Source: an uncultured Rhizobiaceae group bacterium (lineage in GTDB: Bacteria; Pseudomonadota; Alphaproteobacteria; Rhizobiales; Rhizobiaceae). Taken from it: DNA of 64,000 nucleotides. How positions within the stretch are numbered: the stretch's first letter is position 1; every line of letters starts with the position of its first letter. Position numbers and translations under genes: made by a program. The stretch is taken from NCBI GenBank assembly GCA_937958815.1, contig CALGMR010000001.1, positions 96,300 through 160,299 on the forward strand, given 5' to 3'. The notes under the pieces were generated by a model. It did not search any database, was not told where the DNA came from, and saw nothing but the letters and a program-made list of their open reading frames with translations. Positions 7,730 to 17,193 of this stretch are shown here, one piece after another.

Positions 7730-10700
7730 TCAATTGTCTGCCGGAACCTCATCCAGCTCTAGTGGGTCGTCCTCAAAGTTCAATTGCAAACGTTCCGCGG
7801 CGCGGTTGGCACGCTCCCTCAAAGCTTCAATTTGCTTTTCCTGCTCAGCCAAACGCTTCGCTTCCGCAGCAGCTTCTTTCGCAGCTTCTTCCGCTTCGAT
7901 TTGCGCTTTCTTTTCTTCTTCTAAAAGACGTCTGATCTCGTCGGCTTTACGGCGTTTTTCCTCTTCAATCTTCAATTGTTCCAAACGCCGTCTCTCAGCT
8001 TCGGCAACGCGTTCGGCTTCTTCACGTAAGGCGTAAACCCGCGCGGTGCGCGTCAGCCTTTGACGTTCTAAAATTTCGGCCCGCTGTGCTAAAAATTCGC
8101 GTTCTCGCCGTTCGCTCAAACGCAGCCCCAGATAGGTTTCAAAGAAAGTTGTATCCGTGGATACATCCAGATTGTCGGCAGGGCCTTGAGCGGTGATAAA
8201 TATTTCAGGTTCAGCACCAGCCAGAGCATCTTTGCCCGATGCAAAATTCAAGCGGCTTTCAAATTTTGCGGTTTGATCATCAAAAGCATAACTGGCCTTG
8301 CCAGAAAGCTTCAGATCTTTATCTCCAAGTTCGATAGAGTTGATCCGCAATTCACCTTCGGCCAGCGTGAAAGCAAAATTGCCTTGGCCAAATGCAAATG
8401 ACTTATGGAAAACGCCGTCGGAAATAATCCTTCCTGCAGCCGCTGGAAGTGCTTTGTCTTCAACACCATCACTGGAGACCAATATTGGGCGAAACGCACC
8501 GGAGTTCACACCCTCCAAAACACCGTTTGAAATGCGAATTTCACCCCCACCGGCAAGCGAACTGAGAACGCTTTCGCGTTTTGAATTTGCCCCGTCAAAA
8601 TTGAATGACAGGTCCAGCTCGCCAATAAGCTTTTGCGGAAGCTTCGCCAATTTGAAAAGCTCTTGAGCATCCACTGCCTTCAACTGCAACGCACCATTTG
8701 TTGTCGCAGACCTTTCGCTTTGGGCAAGCGATACTTGCCCCGAAAGTTGACCGCCCAGCCATGTTGCTTGCAGTTCGTTGAAACGCATATCGCCGTCGCG
8801 CAAGTTCATGACACCAGTTACGTTTTGAACAGGCGGTTGGGTCCCCACACGCAGTTCGTTGACCTTCAGCTCGATGTTCCCATCCAATCCTGCAAGCAGA
8901 GGTTTTGGTTTTATGCCTGCAGCAACATCCACATCGCCGGTGTGTACAAAATTGCGCAAACTTTCGGCATCCAAACTCGTGGCAGATAATTGACCAGCGA
9001 GAACGGGCCGCGGCAGTTGATCTGTTTTCAGAACCAATTCCCCTTCAATCAAGTGGTCTGAAATCTGAGTGCTGAGTTTGCCAAATGTGTAGGTGGCGTC
9101 TGAAACAGACAATTCGGTTTTGAACTTTGCAGTTCCTCCATCTCCATATCCCGGCACTGGAAGACCTGACATCAGGATCACACTATCCAGATCTGAGATT
9201 TCGCCTGAAACGGAAAGCACACCGTCCAGTGCAAAACTGTCACCCAACAGTTTTGGTTTTAAGTTTCCGGCTGCGCTCACATATCCCGACTTCAGGGTCA
9301 AAGCGGATTCCGTTTCAAAACCGCTCGCCATATTTCCAATTCCGGAAATCCTAAAAGCCGCTCGCCCAGTTTGATCCAACGGCACGACAGGCACACCCAA
9401 TTGCAGCATCAATTTGGAAGCTTCGGGATTGACCAAAACAAGTTTGAAAGATTGTTCACTGGTAGCCTTTGCTCCAGCAACAGTGACGCCAGAAAGGTTA
9501 GCGTCAATTTCGCTCCCGCCGCTTGTTCCCTCAAAAGTAAGCGAAAGCCCGTTGTCTGGCCCTTCTCCACTCAGTGCAAATTTCAAGTCTGTGTTGTCCG
9601 TCAGTGCAGGATCGTCTCGCAATCGGCTGAGTTCTGGAAGTCCGCCAAGCCTTGTGTTGATCAAATTCAAGAGTTTGGATGGGTCTTGCGCCACAACACG
9701 CCCGTCAATTTTGCCGGATGGTGTGGACAGTAAATTTTCCACGGCCCCAGCAATGGTCACCTCGGCACCTGCCAAATCACCAATAGTGATCTTCTCAATC
9801 TTCAAAGATTGCGCGCTGCGCTGTAATTTCGCCTGCACCTTGTGTGCCACTGCTCCTGAAACCACAGCCTTTTCTGCATTGAGATCTAGATCAATGTTTT
9901 GCGCGATCAAACCGCTGCCTGGCGCATTATTGGTTATCAGTCTGGCAAGTGCATCGAGTTGATCAAAATTGGCTTCATCGCCTGCCAACTTCAATGAAAG
10001 GGCATTTTCGCCACCATTTTGAGACCCGTAAGACACACTTCCCTTCAATGATTTTCCATCAATCACAAGTTCTAAATTGTTGGCCTCAAAGCTTTTGGAG
10101 TTTATGTCCACATTTCCAGAAAATCCGGTGCCTGTCATATCTCTGATGGTTTGCGATGCTTCTACGCCGAGCCACTTTGCAAGACCAGAAGGTTGCCGAG
10201 ATGCAACAACCACGTCTCCCCTAAAGTTCACATCATCTTCAACCAAGAGTTCCCCATCGGCACGCAAATCTGTGCGCCCCGGCATTTGTGCGCTAAGGTT
10301 GCCCACAAACCAGCCCTTACCACTTTCCAATGGTCGCAAATCCACGCCCACGTCTCGTATCACAGTGTCGCCCGCAACAACTGCGGGAAGAAACAAACTG
10401 ATCGTGCTGTTGTCCGGCATTCTTGGAAGTTGTTTTAGAAATTGACTGGCCGCTGCAATGCGCGAAGACAAACCACTTTGACCCACACTATCATTCGTTG
10501 CTTGGCCCTCTTGAAAACGCTTAAGGTCAATCTGTTGACCCTCCGCATTCGCACGCATCGATACCACTTCGTCAAAGCGGATGTCAGCTGAACCCGTCAG
10601 AGAATATGGATCTTCCGCATTGCCTATATCCATTTTGTAAGCTGGAAAAGAGGCGCCCGAAACTGCCAAAGTCACATCGCTTTCCAGCCGGACAGGAAGT

Positions 10701-11497
10701 GCATCACCCGCGTCGGGGCGACGAAATGCAATCGCGTCTTCTGCCGACTGCTCCGGCATAGGCTTCACGGTCACAATGCCAGTTACACTTGGATTGCCAT
10801 CAACAACTCTCAGTGGGCCTTCAAACGAAAGGTCATAGGGTTGCGATTGCAATTCACTGAACAGTTTTATGCTGAGCGATTGGTCGTCCTGCCATCTGCC
10901 GGTTGAAAGCCGCAAACGCGCCTTTTCATTGTTGTAAGTGACTGTGCCCTGCCCGCGCCACGGCCCTCTCAAAGTGCGAGCTGAAGCTTGCGCATCAATG
11001 TTTCGAACCAAGAATTCTCGATTGTATCTTTCGTCCCGCAATCGCAAGACACCACCATTGATGCCAATGTTCTCAAGCGCCACGTCTTCTTGGTCGATTT
11101 CAATGCGAGATCTTTGTTTGATTTCTGGCCACTCGATATTGCCTTCTTTATCAAGCCGCGCATCGATGACGGGCTTTTGAAGTTGTATATCGACGATAAC
11201 AACGTCCCCCTTCATCAAGGGGGCCAGTTCCACATTCATTGTGAAACTTTCCGCCTTAATCAGCGGAACACCGTCAGAGGTCTGCCCCACTTTTATGTCC
11301 GTAAAAGTAAACGAAGGCAGAGGCAACAATCGCACATTTGTGTCCCCATCCACCGTAACGGGAAGGCCCAGAACACGAGAGGCTTCCGTTTCAAAGCGCG
11401 TTTTATATTGATTCCAATCGATAAAGGGAGGCGCAAACAACGCAGCCAGAAGCGCGATGACGAGTAAACTGCCCAAAAAGACAAAAAAACGTATCAA
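7730..11497 (-). CDS. AsmA-family protein (large envelope protein) with a charged coiled-coil C-terminus
   Basis: 1255 aa. It has an N-terminal TM anchor (MIRFFVFLGSLLVIALLAALFAPPFIDWNQYK), a long beta-rich body and an AsmA-like C-terminal region. The final stretch is about 130 aa of E/R/K/A-rich sequence. Confidence 0.8.
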   Translation of the reverse strand: MIRFFVFLGSLLVIALLAALFAPPFIDWNQYKTRFETEASRVLGLPVTVDGDTNVRLLPLPSFTFTDIKVGQTSDGVPLIKAESFTMNVELAPLMKGDVVIVDIQLQKPVIDARLDKEGNIEWPEIKQRSRIEIDQEDVALENIGINGGVLRLRDERYNREFLVRNIDAQASARTLRGPWRGQGTVTYNNEKARLRLSTGRWQDDQSLSIKLFSELQSQPYDLSFEGPLRVVDGNPSVTGIVTVKPMPEQSAEDAIAFRRPDAGDALPVRLESDVTLAVSGASFPAYKMDIGNAEDPYSLTGSADIRFDEVVSMRANAEGQQIDLKRFQEGQATNDSVGQSGLSSRIAAASQFLKQLPRMPDNSTISLFLPAVVAGDTVIRDVGVDLRPLESGKGWFVGNLSAQMPGRTDLRADGELLVEDDVNFRGDVVVASRQPSGLAKWLGVEASQTIRDMTGTGFSGNVDINSKSFEANNLELVIDGKSLKGSVSYGSQNGGENALSLKLAGDEANFDQLDALARLITNNAPGSGLIAQNIDLDLNAEKAVVSGAVAHKVQAKLQRSAQSLKIEKITIGDLAGAEVTIAGAVENLLSTPSGKIDGRVVAQDPSKLLNLINTRLGGLPELSRLRDDPALTDNTDLKFALSGEGPDNGLSLTFEGTSGGSEIDANLSGVTVAGAKATSEQSFKLVLVNPEASKLMLQLGVPVVPLDQTGRAAFRISGIGNMASGFETESALTLKSGYVSAAGNLKPKLLGDSFALDGVLSVSGEISDLDSVILMSGLPVPGYGDGGTAKFKTELSVSDATYTFGKLSTQISDHLIEGELVLKTDQLPRPVLAGQLSATSLDAESLRNFVHTGDVDVAAGIKPKPLLAGLDGNIELKVNELRVGTQPPVQNVTGVMNLRDGDMRFNELQATWLGGQLSGQVSLAQSERSATTNGALQLKAVDAQELFKLAKLPQKLIGELDLSFNFDGANSKRESVLSSLAGGGEIRISNGVLEGVNSGAFRPILVSSDGVEDKALPAAAGRIISDGVFHKSFAFGQGNFAFTLAEGELRINSIELGDKDLKLSGKASYAFDDQTAKFESRLNFASGKDALAGAEPEIFITAQGPADNLDVSTDTTFFETYLGLRLSERREREFLAQRAEILERQRLTRTARVYALREEAERVAEAERRRLEQLKIEEEKRRKADEIRRLLEEEKKAQIEAEEAAKEAAAEAKRLAEQEKQIEALRERANRAAERLQLNFEDDPLELDEVPADN

Positions 11498-11527
11498 GTC
11501 TTGCCCCTCATTGAGATTTGCAGCTTT

Positions 11528-12943
11528 CTAGTCCGCCAAAGTGACGACTTTGCCCGGGTTCATAATGTTATCGGGATCAATGGACCTTTTTATGGCAGCC
11601 ATAATATCGGCACCACCACCATGCTCAATTTTTAAGAAACGGCGTTTCCCTTGTCCGATGCCATGTTCGCCCGTGCAGGTCCCTTCCATGGCGATTGTGC
11701 GCATATTCAAGCGTTCGATCATGATTTCAGCGCGCTTCACTTCATCCGCATCATCCATCATCACCAAGGGTGAGACATGGAAATTGCCGTCGCCCACATG
11801 CCCCACAATAGGTGCAACCAAATCGAGTTCTTCCACGTCCTTCAATGTTTCCGCAACACAATCTGCTAACCTTGAAATAGGAACACATGCATCCGTTGCA
11901 ATGCCTTTAGCCCCGGGTCGATATGCCAACATGGCGGGATAGGCATCATGGCGCGCTTGCCAGAGCTTGTTTCGCTCTTCCACTGTATCAACCCACTTGA
12001 TCTCGGTTCCACCAAGTTCAGCTGCAATCTCACCAAACGTCTTGGTTTGTTCAGCAACACCAATGTCCGTTCCATGGAACTCCAACATGAGTGTTGGCTT
12101 CAACGCCATGTCCAATCTGGAATAGCGGTTGATTGCATCTGTCATGGGTGTGTCGAGCAACTCGATACGCGCCAAAGGCAAGCCAATCTGCATTGCCATA
12201 ATCGTTGCATTGCAAGCGTCTGCGACTGTTTCAAACTGACAAACACCCGAGGAAATATTTTCAGGAATTCCATGCAGACGAAGCGTCATTTCTGTGATGA
12301 TGCCCAGTGTCCCTTCAGAACCAACCATTAAACGGGTCAGATCGTAACCGGCGGAGGATTTGCGTGCCCGTCCTGCTGTTTTGGTCACAGACCCGTCAGG
12401 CATCACAACTGTTAGATTGATAACGTTGTCGCGCATGGTGCCGTAGCGCACCGCATTGGTGCCCGAGGCCCGTGTGGCGGCCATGCCACCAAGGCTCGCG
12501 TTCGCACCGGGATCGATCGGAAAGAACAAGCCTTGATCGCGCAGTGCAACATTTAACTCTTCACGCGTGACGCCAGGCTGCAACGTCACGTCCAGATCTT
12601 CTGAATTGACAGAAAGCACTTTGTTCATACGCATCAAATCAATTGAAATGCCGCCAGCAGGAGCGTTCACGCCACCTTCAAGTGATGTCCCCGTTCCAAA
12701 AGGAATGATCGGAACCTTGTGTTCTGCGCACACTTGAACAACCTGCTGCACATCTTCGGTGCTTTCAGCAAATACGACAGCATCGGGCAGTTGGCTCGGA
12801 ATATAGGTGGTCGTGTGGCTATGTTGCTCGCGAAGTGAAAGATTGGTCTGCAGCTTGTCGCCAAAACGTTGTTTCAAAACTCCAACGGCAATTGCGATCC
12901 CGTCGTCATTGCGATTTTCACTTTTAAGATCTGCTAGCGCCAT
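11528..12943 (-). CDS. FAD-linked oxidase (GlcD / D-lactate dehydrogenase-like)
   Basis: FAD_binding_4-type N-terminal half (VPIIPFGTGTSLEGG) and a C-terminal oxidase domain (CTGEHGIGQGKRRFL). The start was set at the ATG at 12943, which is preceded by GGTGGGG. The ORF track begins at the TTG at 12973. Confidence 0.88.
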   Translation of the reverse strand: MALADLKSENRNDDGIAIAVGVLKQRFGDKLQTNLSLREQHSHTTTYIPSQLPDAVVFAESTEDVQQVVQVCAEHKVPIIPFGTGTSLEGGVNAPAGGISIDLMRMNKVLSVNSEDLDVTLQPGVTREELNVALRDQGLFFPIDPGANASLGGMAATRASGTNAVRYGTMRDNVINLTVVMPDGSVTKTAGRARKSSAGYDLTRLMVGSEGTLGIITEMTLRLHGIPENISSGVCQFETVADACNATIMAMQIGLPLARIELLDTPMTDAINRYSRLDMALKPTLMLEFHGTDIGVAEQTKTFGEIAAELGGTEIKWVDTVEERNKLWQARHDAYPAMLAYRPGAKGIATDACVPISRLADCVAETLKDVEELDLVAPIVGHVGDGNFHVSPLVMMDDADEVKRAEIMIERLNMRTIAMEGTCTGEHGIGQGKRRFLKIEHGGGADIMAAIKRSIDPDNIMNPGKVVTLAD

Positions 12944-13107
12944 GGTTCCCCACCTGCACACTTCTACGGTCAATCAGAATGCTCAAGATTGAGAATTCGG
13001 GGTAAGGTGTAAATGTGCGATTGTGTATTTCAAATCATCAAGTTAGCAATCTAACAAATTACAGCGCGCGGTCTAGCGTACAATTTCAAACTTCATGGGG
13101 CAAACCA

Positions 13108-13596
13108 ATGTCAAACTCGATCTCACCACTGCTCTCTCCATTGATGGACTTGCAGAGCGATTGGATCGACTACAACGGCCATTTGAACATGGCGTTCTAC
13201 AATGTCTTGTTTGATCGTGGATGCGACTTCGGTTTCGAAGCGCTTGGCATGGGGCCGGAATACGTAGATGAGCGCAAACTTACGATCTACACAGCAGAAG
13301 CTCATGTAAAATATGAGCGTGAAGTGCATATGGGAGATCGGGTACAAGCATCGTTTCAAATTATAGACTACGACGAAAAGCGACTGCACATTTTTCAAGA
13401 ATTAAGACACGAAGACGGCTGGATTTCCGCCACCAGCGAAAACATTACTCTGCATATCGATATGAGTGGGCCGAAAGTTGCACCTTTCCCCAAAGATGTG
13501 TTTACAAAAATTGAGCCTATGGCGCTTCAACACAAGAATTTACCATACCCAGAAAATGCAGGGCGCCACATCGAAATCCGTCGAAAAAAGGCGTAG
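13108..13596 (+). CDS. hotdog-fold acyl-CoA thioesterase family protein
   Basis: DWIDYNGHLNMAFYNVLFDR is a typical start for the 4HBT-like thioesterase core. I chose the internal ATG at 13108; the ORF track begins at 13015. Confidence 0.7.
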   Translation: MSNSISPLLSPLMDLQSDWIDYNGHLNMAFYNVLFDRGCDFGFEALGMGPEYVDERKLTIYTAEAHVKYEREVHMGDRVQASFQIIDYDEKRLHIFQELRHEDGWISATSENITLHIDMSGPKVAPFPKDVFTKIEPMALQHKNLPYPENAGRHIEIRRKKA

Positions 13597-13633
13597 GGTA
13601 GATACGGGTGTAACGGGCTAAGGGAAACAATTC

Positions 13634-15265
13634 ATGTTGGATATTGTTCGACGTCTTCCCACCATCTTGTCCAATTGGATAGGCCCAAACCTTCAAAGCT
13701 TCATTTCCTCACGACAGCCAAATTTGTGGGTGTTGTCTTTGATTATTGGCTTAGTGGTCTCCATTGCAGCGATTTTATTTCGCGAGCTTATTCTTTTCAC
13801 TCAGTTGATTTGGCTGGGTGTGAACACAGAAACAGTGTCCACCGCAGCAGCAAAAATACATTGGTCGATTGTGCTGTTAACGCCCGCCTTGGGCGGCTTG
13901 CTTGTGGGGTGGTTGCTGAACAACTTTCTCCCATCACGGCGCACAGGTGGCGTGGCTGATGTCATTGAAGCCAAGGCCCATGGTGGGCGCAACATTGAAT
14001 TGAAAGCAGGGTTAGGATCGGCATTTGTGAGCGCTATCTCATTGGGGTTTGGTGCAAGTGCTGGTCGAGAAGGCCCATTGGTTCACTTGGGCGGAACGCT
14101 TGCCACATCCATAACAGAGAAGTTCAATCTGCCCGTTTGGGGACGCAGAACCTTATTGGGATGCGGAGTCGCCAGCGCTGTTTCAGCCTCCTTTAACGCG
14201 CCAATCGCTGGCGTTCTATTCGCCCATGAAGTGATTCTGGGACATTATTCAAAACGTGCATTCATTCCCATTGTGATCTCATCCGTCATGGGCACCATTC
14301 TCACCCGTTTGTGGTTTGGCGATGCCGCTGCATTCACCATTCCTAATTACCAGATCACATCGAACCTAGAGTTTCCTGCCTTTGTGCTTTTGGGCGCGGT
14401 TTGTGGATTTGTGGCCATTGCATTGCAGTTCTCGGTCATCGCGACCGATTATGTTGCCCGCTCAATCATCATGCCCCTATGGATGCGTCCGGCCGTTGGC
14501 GGATTGATGGTAGGCGCAATTGCAGTTTTCTTCCCCCATGTTTTGGGCGTGGGATATGAAGCCACCGATATGGCGTTGAAAAACCAATTATCATTGTCAC
14601 TTCTGCTTGCCCTGATTGTGGCAAAAACCGCTGCAACTTCCATCACGTTAGCATCGCGTTTTGGTGGTGGCATATTCTCTCCCGCTCTTTATATCGGTGC
14701 AATGACAGGCGGTGCGTTCGGGCTCATGGCCGCTGCATCTTTCCCGGAACTTGCATCTTCTGGCGGACTTTACGCCATTCTTGGCATGGGGGCTGTTTCT
14801 GCGGCAGTCATCGGCGCCCCGATTTCGACGGCGGTTATCGTGTTTGAACTGACAGGTGGATATTCGTTATCGATTGCCCTTTTGCTGACCGTATCAATCG
14901 CCGTTGGCATCAACATGGCTGTCCACGGTCGGTCTTTCTTTCAATGGCAATTGGAAGGTCGCGGGTTCAACATGCAAGACGGCCCGCACCGTTTTATGGC
15001 ACGTAACACCCTCGTTGGGTCCTTCATGACGCCCTTGGGAGAAGATGATTCTCCAATCCGAGACCTTGAGGAACAAGAAACGGTGCTACGACCGGACACC
15101 AATCTTGAAAACGCCTTACGCATTTTCGATGATGGCGGCCATTCCCGATTGCCCGTTGTGTCTGCCCAAGATGAGAGCGTTATCGTGGGTTGGGCGACAC
15201 AGGTCGCTGCTCTGCGCGAATACAACAATGCCCTCGTGGATATGAGTGTAGAAGAACACCGCTAA
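13634..15265 (+). CDS. ClC-family voltage-gated chloride channel / H+-Cl- exchanger with a C-terminal CBS region
   Basis: 543 aa and polytopic. ClC selectivity motifs GASAGREGP and GGIFSP are present. A soluble C-terminal tail follows. Confidence 0.9.
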   Translation: MLDIVRRLPTILSNWIGPNLQSFISSRQPNLWVLSLIIGLVVSIAAILFRELILFTQLIWLGVNTETVSTAAAKIHWSIVLLTPALGGLLVGWLLNNFLPSRRTGGVADVIEAKAHGGRNIELKAGLGSAFVSAISLGFGASAGREGPLVHLGGTLATSITEKFNLPVWGRRTLLGCGVASAVSASFNAPIAGVLFAHEVILGHYSKRAFIPIVISSVMGTILTRLWFGDAAAFTIPNYQITSNLEFPAFVLLGAVCGFVAIALQFSVIATDYVARSIIMPLWMRPAVGGLMVGAIAVFFPHVLGVGYEATDMALKNQLSLSLLLALIVAKTAATSITLASRFGGGIFSPALYIGAMTGGAFGLMAAASFPELASSGGLYAILGMGAVSAAVIGAPISTAVIVFELTGGYSLSIALLLTVSIAVGINMAVHGRSFFQWQLEGRGFNMQDGPHRFMARNTLVGSFMTPLGEDDSPIRDLEEQETVLRPDTNLENALRIFDDGGHSRLPVVSAQDESVIVGWATQVAALREYNNALVDMSVEEHR

Positions 15266-16266
15266 AGTGTTTGGATCTGAAACTGCATTTGAAATTTGAA
15301 GTCTGAATTATCGCTCACATCCAAAGTCCCACCATGGCCAATCACCATGGCTTGAGCGATGCCCAATCCCATTCCAGTCCCACCCGTGTCGCGTCGCGTT
15401 GTAAAAAACGGTTTGAAGAGCTCAGCTCTATTGGCTGGCGAAATCTCCGCACCATCATCGCCAATATTCAAAAACATGGTCGTGGCCGATTGAACAATTT
15501 GAACCTGAAAACGTTTAGCGCCGTGGGCCGCAGCATTTTGGACGAGTTGCTGCCAAACGATTTCGCTGTTTGCAGCAGCCATTGAAAATTCAATATCAGT
15601 TCCATCCATATCCAATATCAACTCATGTTCATCAGCACAGGCCTGAAGCACAGACAGCAAAGAGCTGCTGCCTTCGTTTGCAGCAACTTCTGCATGGGCT
15701 AGCTCTCGCAGTCGTGACGACAATGCCGTCATTCGTTCTGCGTCCTCTTTTATGTTCGTCAAAAAGCGAGCGCTTTGTTCCTTCGACATATCTTCACCAG
15801 CCTCAAGCAAAAGCTCCGACGCACCATGAATTGAGGTCAATGGCGTCTTCAACTCGTGGTTCACATGACTGGCAAACAAATTGAGGTAGTTGTTGCGTTC
15901 CATCAATTTGCGCGATGTTTGAAAAAGGCTTTCGGCCAGATTATCAATTTCACGCGTTCCTCTCGGGCCCATTGGGCGAAACGCATCTGGGTTTCCAGCA
16001 TCAATTTCGGCTGCTCGCGCATTCAATTCTTGAAGCGGCCGCAACAGCGTTCTCAAAAACACATAGCCAATCAATGCGGCCATAGCGATGCTGCCCAAAG
16101 CCAAAATTGCCAAACCAGTGACGCTGCGCATACGAAACTCCAACCCGAAAATCGTTTCCACGGAGACCAGTGCAAACAATCCAAACAGCGGCAAAAGCGA
16201 CACCAATGCAATCGCACCAAAAACAACCATCCAAAGGGCGGGACGCCATTTTTTGTCCTTAGACAT
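15262..16266 (-). CDS. sensor histidine kinase (HisKA + HATPase_c)
   Basis: Two N-terminal TM helices, an H-box (FASHVNHELKTPLTSI) and a G-box (GGTGMGLGIAQAM). The ATG at 16266 overlaps the response regulator stop by 8 nt. Confidence 0.9.
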   Translation of the reverse strand: MSKDKKWRPALWMVVFGAIALVSLLPLFGLFALVSVETIFGLEFRMRSVTGLAILALGSIAMAALIGYVFLRTLLRPLQELNARAAEIDAGNPDAFRPMGPRGTREIDNLAESLFQTSRKLMERNNYLNLFASHVNHELKTPLTSIHGASELLLEAGEDMSKEQSARFLTNIKEDAERMTALSSRLRELAHAEVAANEGSSSLLSVLQACADEHELILDMDGTDIEFSMAAANSEIVWQQLVQNAAAHGAKRFQVQIVQSATTMFLNIGDDGAEISPANRAELFKPFFTTRRDTGGTGMGLGIAQAMVIGHGGTLDVSDNSDFKFQMQFQIQTL

Positions 16267-16975
16267 CTTTACCAAAACCCGCCTCGCCTTCGCATGTGTG
16301 CAGTTGAAACCCGACACCCCGCACTGTGCGGATGGCATCTGGACACCCACCAAGTTTCAATTTCGAACGTAAGTTGCGCATATGGCTGTCGATTGTGCGA
16401 TCTGACACGTGAATATTATCGCCCCATGCCTGATCCAAAATGGCATCGCGATCAAAAACAACGCCAGGCCTGCGCATCAACACGGCCAGCATATCAAACT
16501 CTGTTTCAGTCAATTCAACATCCGTATCGGCGACTTTGCATGTGCGGCGTGCACTATTGAGTTGTAAAATTCCAAACTCGAGCAAACTGCGGTCATCTGC
16601 TTGGAGTTGAACGGCTGCACGCTTAGAAATCGCACGCACCCGCGCCACCAGCTCACGGGGACTGAACGGTTTGGTGACGTAATCATCGCCCCCCATTTCC
16701 AACCCGAGAATACGGTCGATCTCATCGTCGCGCGCAGAGAGAAACAATATCGGACAACTGCTGGTCGCCCGAATGCGCCTGCACACTTCAAGACCGTCCA
16801 TTTCAGGCATACCCACATCCAAAACAATGAAATCTGGCGCGCGTTGCTCAAACAGGTTCAGCGCTTCGGCACCATCGGCTGCCATTGTGGTGCTCATGCC
16901 TTCCTTTTCAAGCGCAAAGGCAATCACTTCGCGGATATGCGGATCATCATCCACAATCAGAACTCGTTTACCCAT
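16259..16975 (-). CDS. OmpR-family response regulator
   Basis: Receiver domain (RVLIVDDDPHIREV..DFIVLDVGMPEMDG) plus a winged-helix output domain (TVRGVGFQL). The ATG at 16975 is preceded by GAGGGAGGG. Confidence 0.93.
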   Translation of the reverse strand: MGKRVLIVDDDPHIREVIAFALEKEGMSTTMAADGAEALNLFEQRAPDFIVLDVGMPEMDGLEVCRRIRATSSCPILFLSARDDEIDRILGLEMGGDDYVTKPFSPRELVARVRAISKRAAVQLQADDRSLLEFGILQLNSARRTCKVADTDVELTETEFDMLAVLMRRPGVVFDRDAILDQAWGDNIHVSDRTIDSHMRNLRSKLKLGGCPDAIRTVRGVGFQLHTCEGEAGFGKDV

Positions 16976-17096
16976 AGGCTTCCCTCCCTCTAGCTTTTGC
17001 AGCTTGTTCTTGTTTCGTGTGCTGTTCAAATACAGCACTTTTTACCCACACAAAGTGCAGCAGATTTGTTCCCATTGTGTGGCTGCCGCTCAACTT

Positions 17097-17115
17097 TGTG
17101 CAGATTATGTGCAGA
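17097..17115. promoter_or_regulatory. perfect 8-nt direct repeat TGTGCAGA-tta-TGTGCAGA (11-bp register), a candidate response-regulator site
   Basis: Read directly from the sequence. A third GTGCAG lies at 17055-17060. The repeat sits in the divergent intergenic region between the OmpR-type regulator gene and uvrD. Confidence 0.3.
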
Positions 17116-17193
17116 CGGCCCATTTGTCGCGGCATTAAAAATGAAAACCTGCAGGTGCTACCAATCACGGTGAAAAACACCTAAGTACATTCC

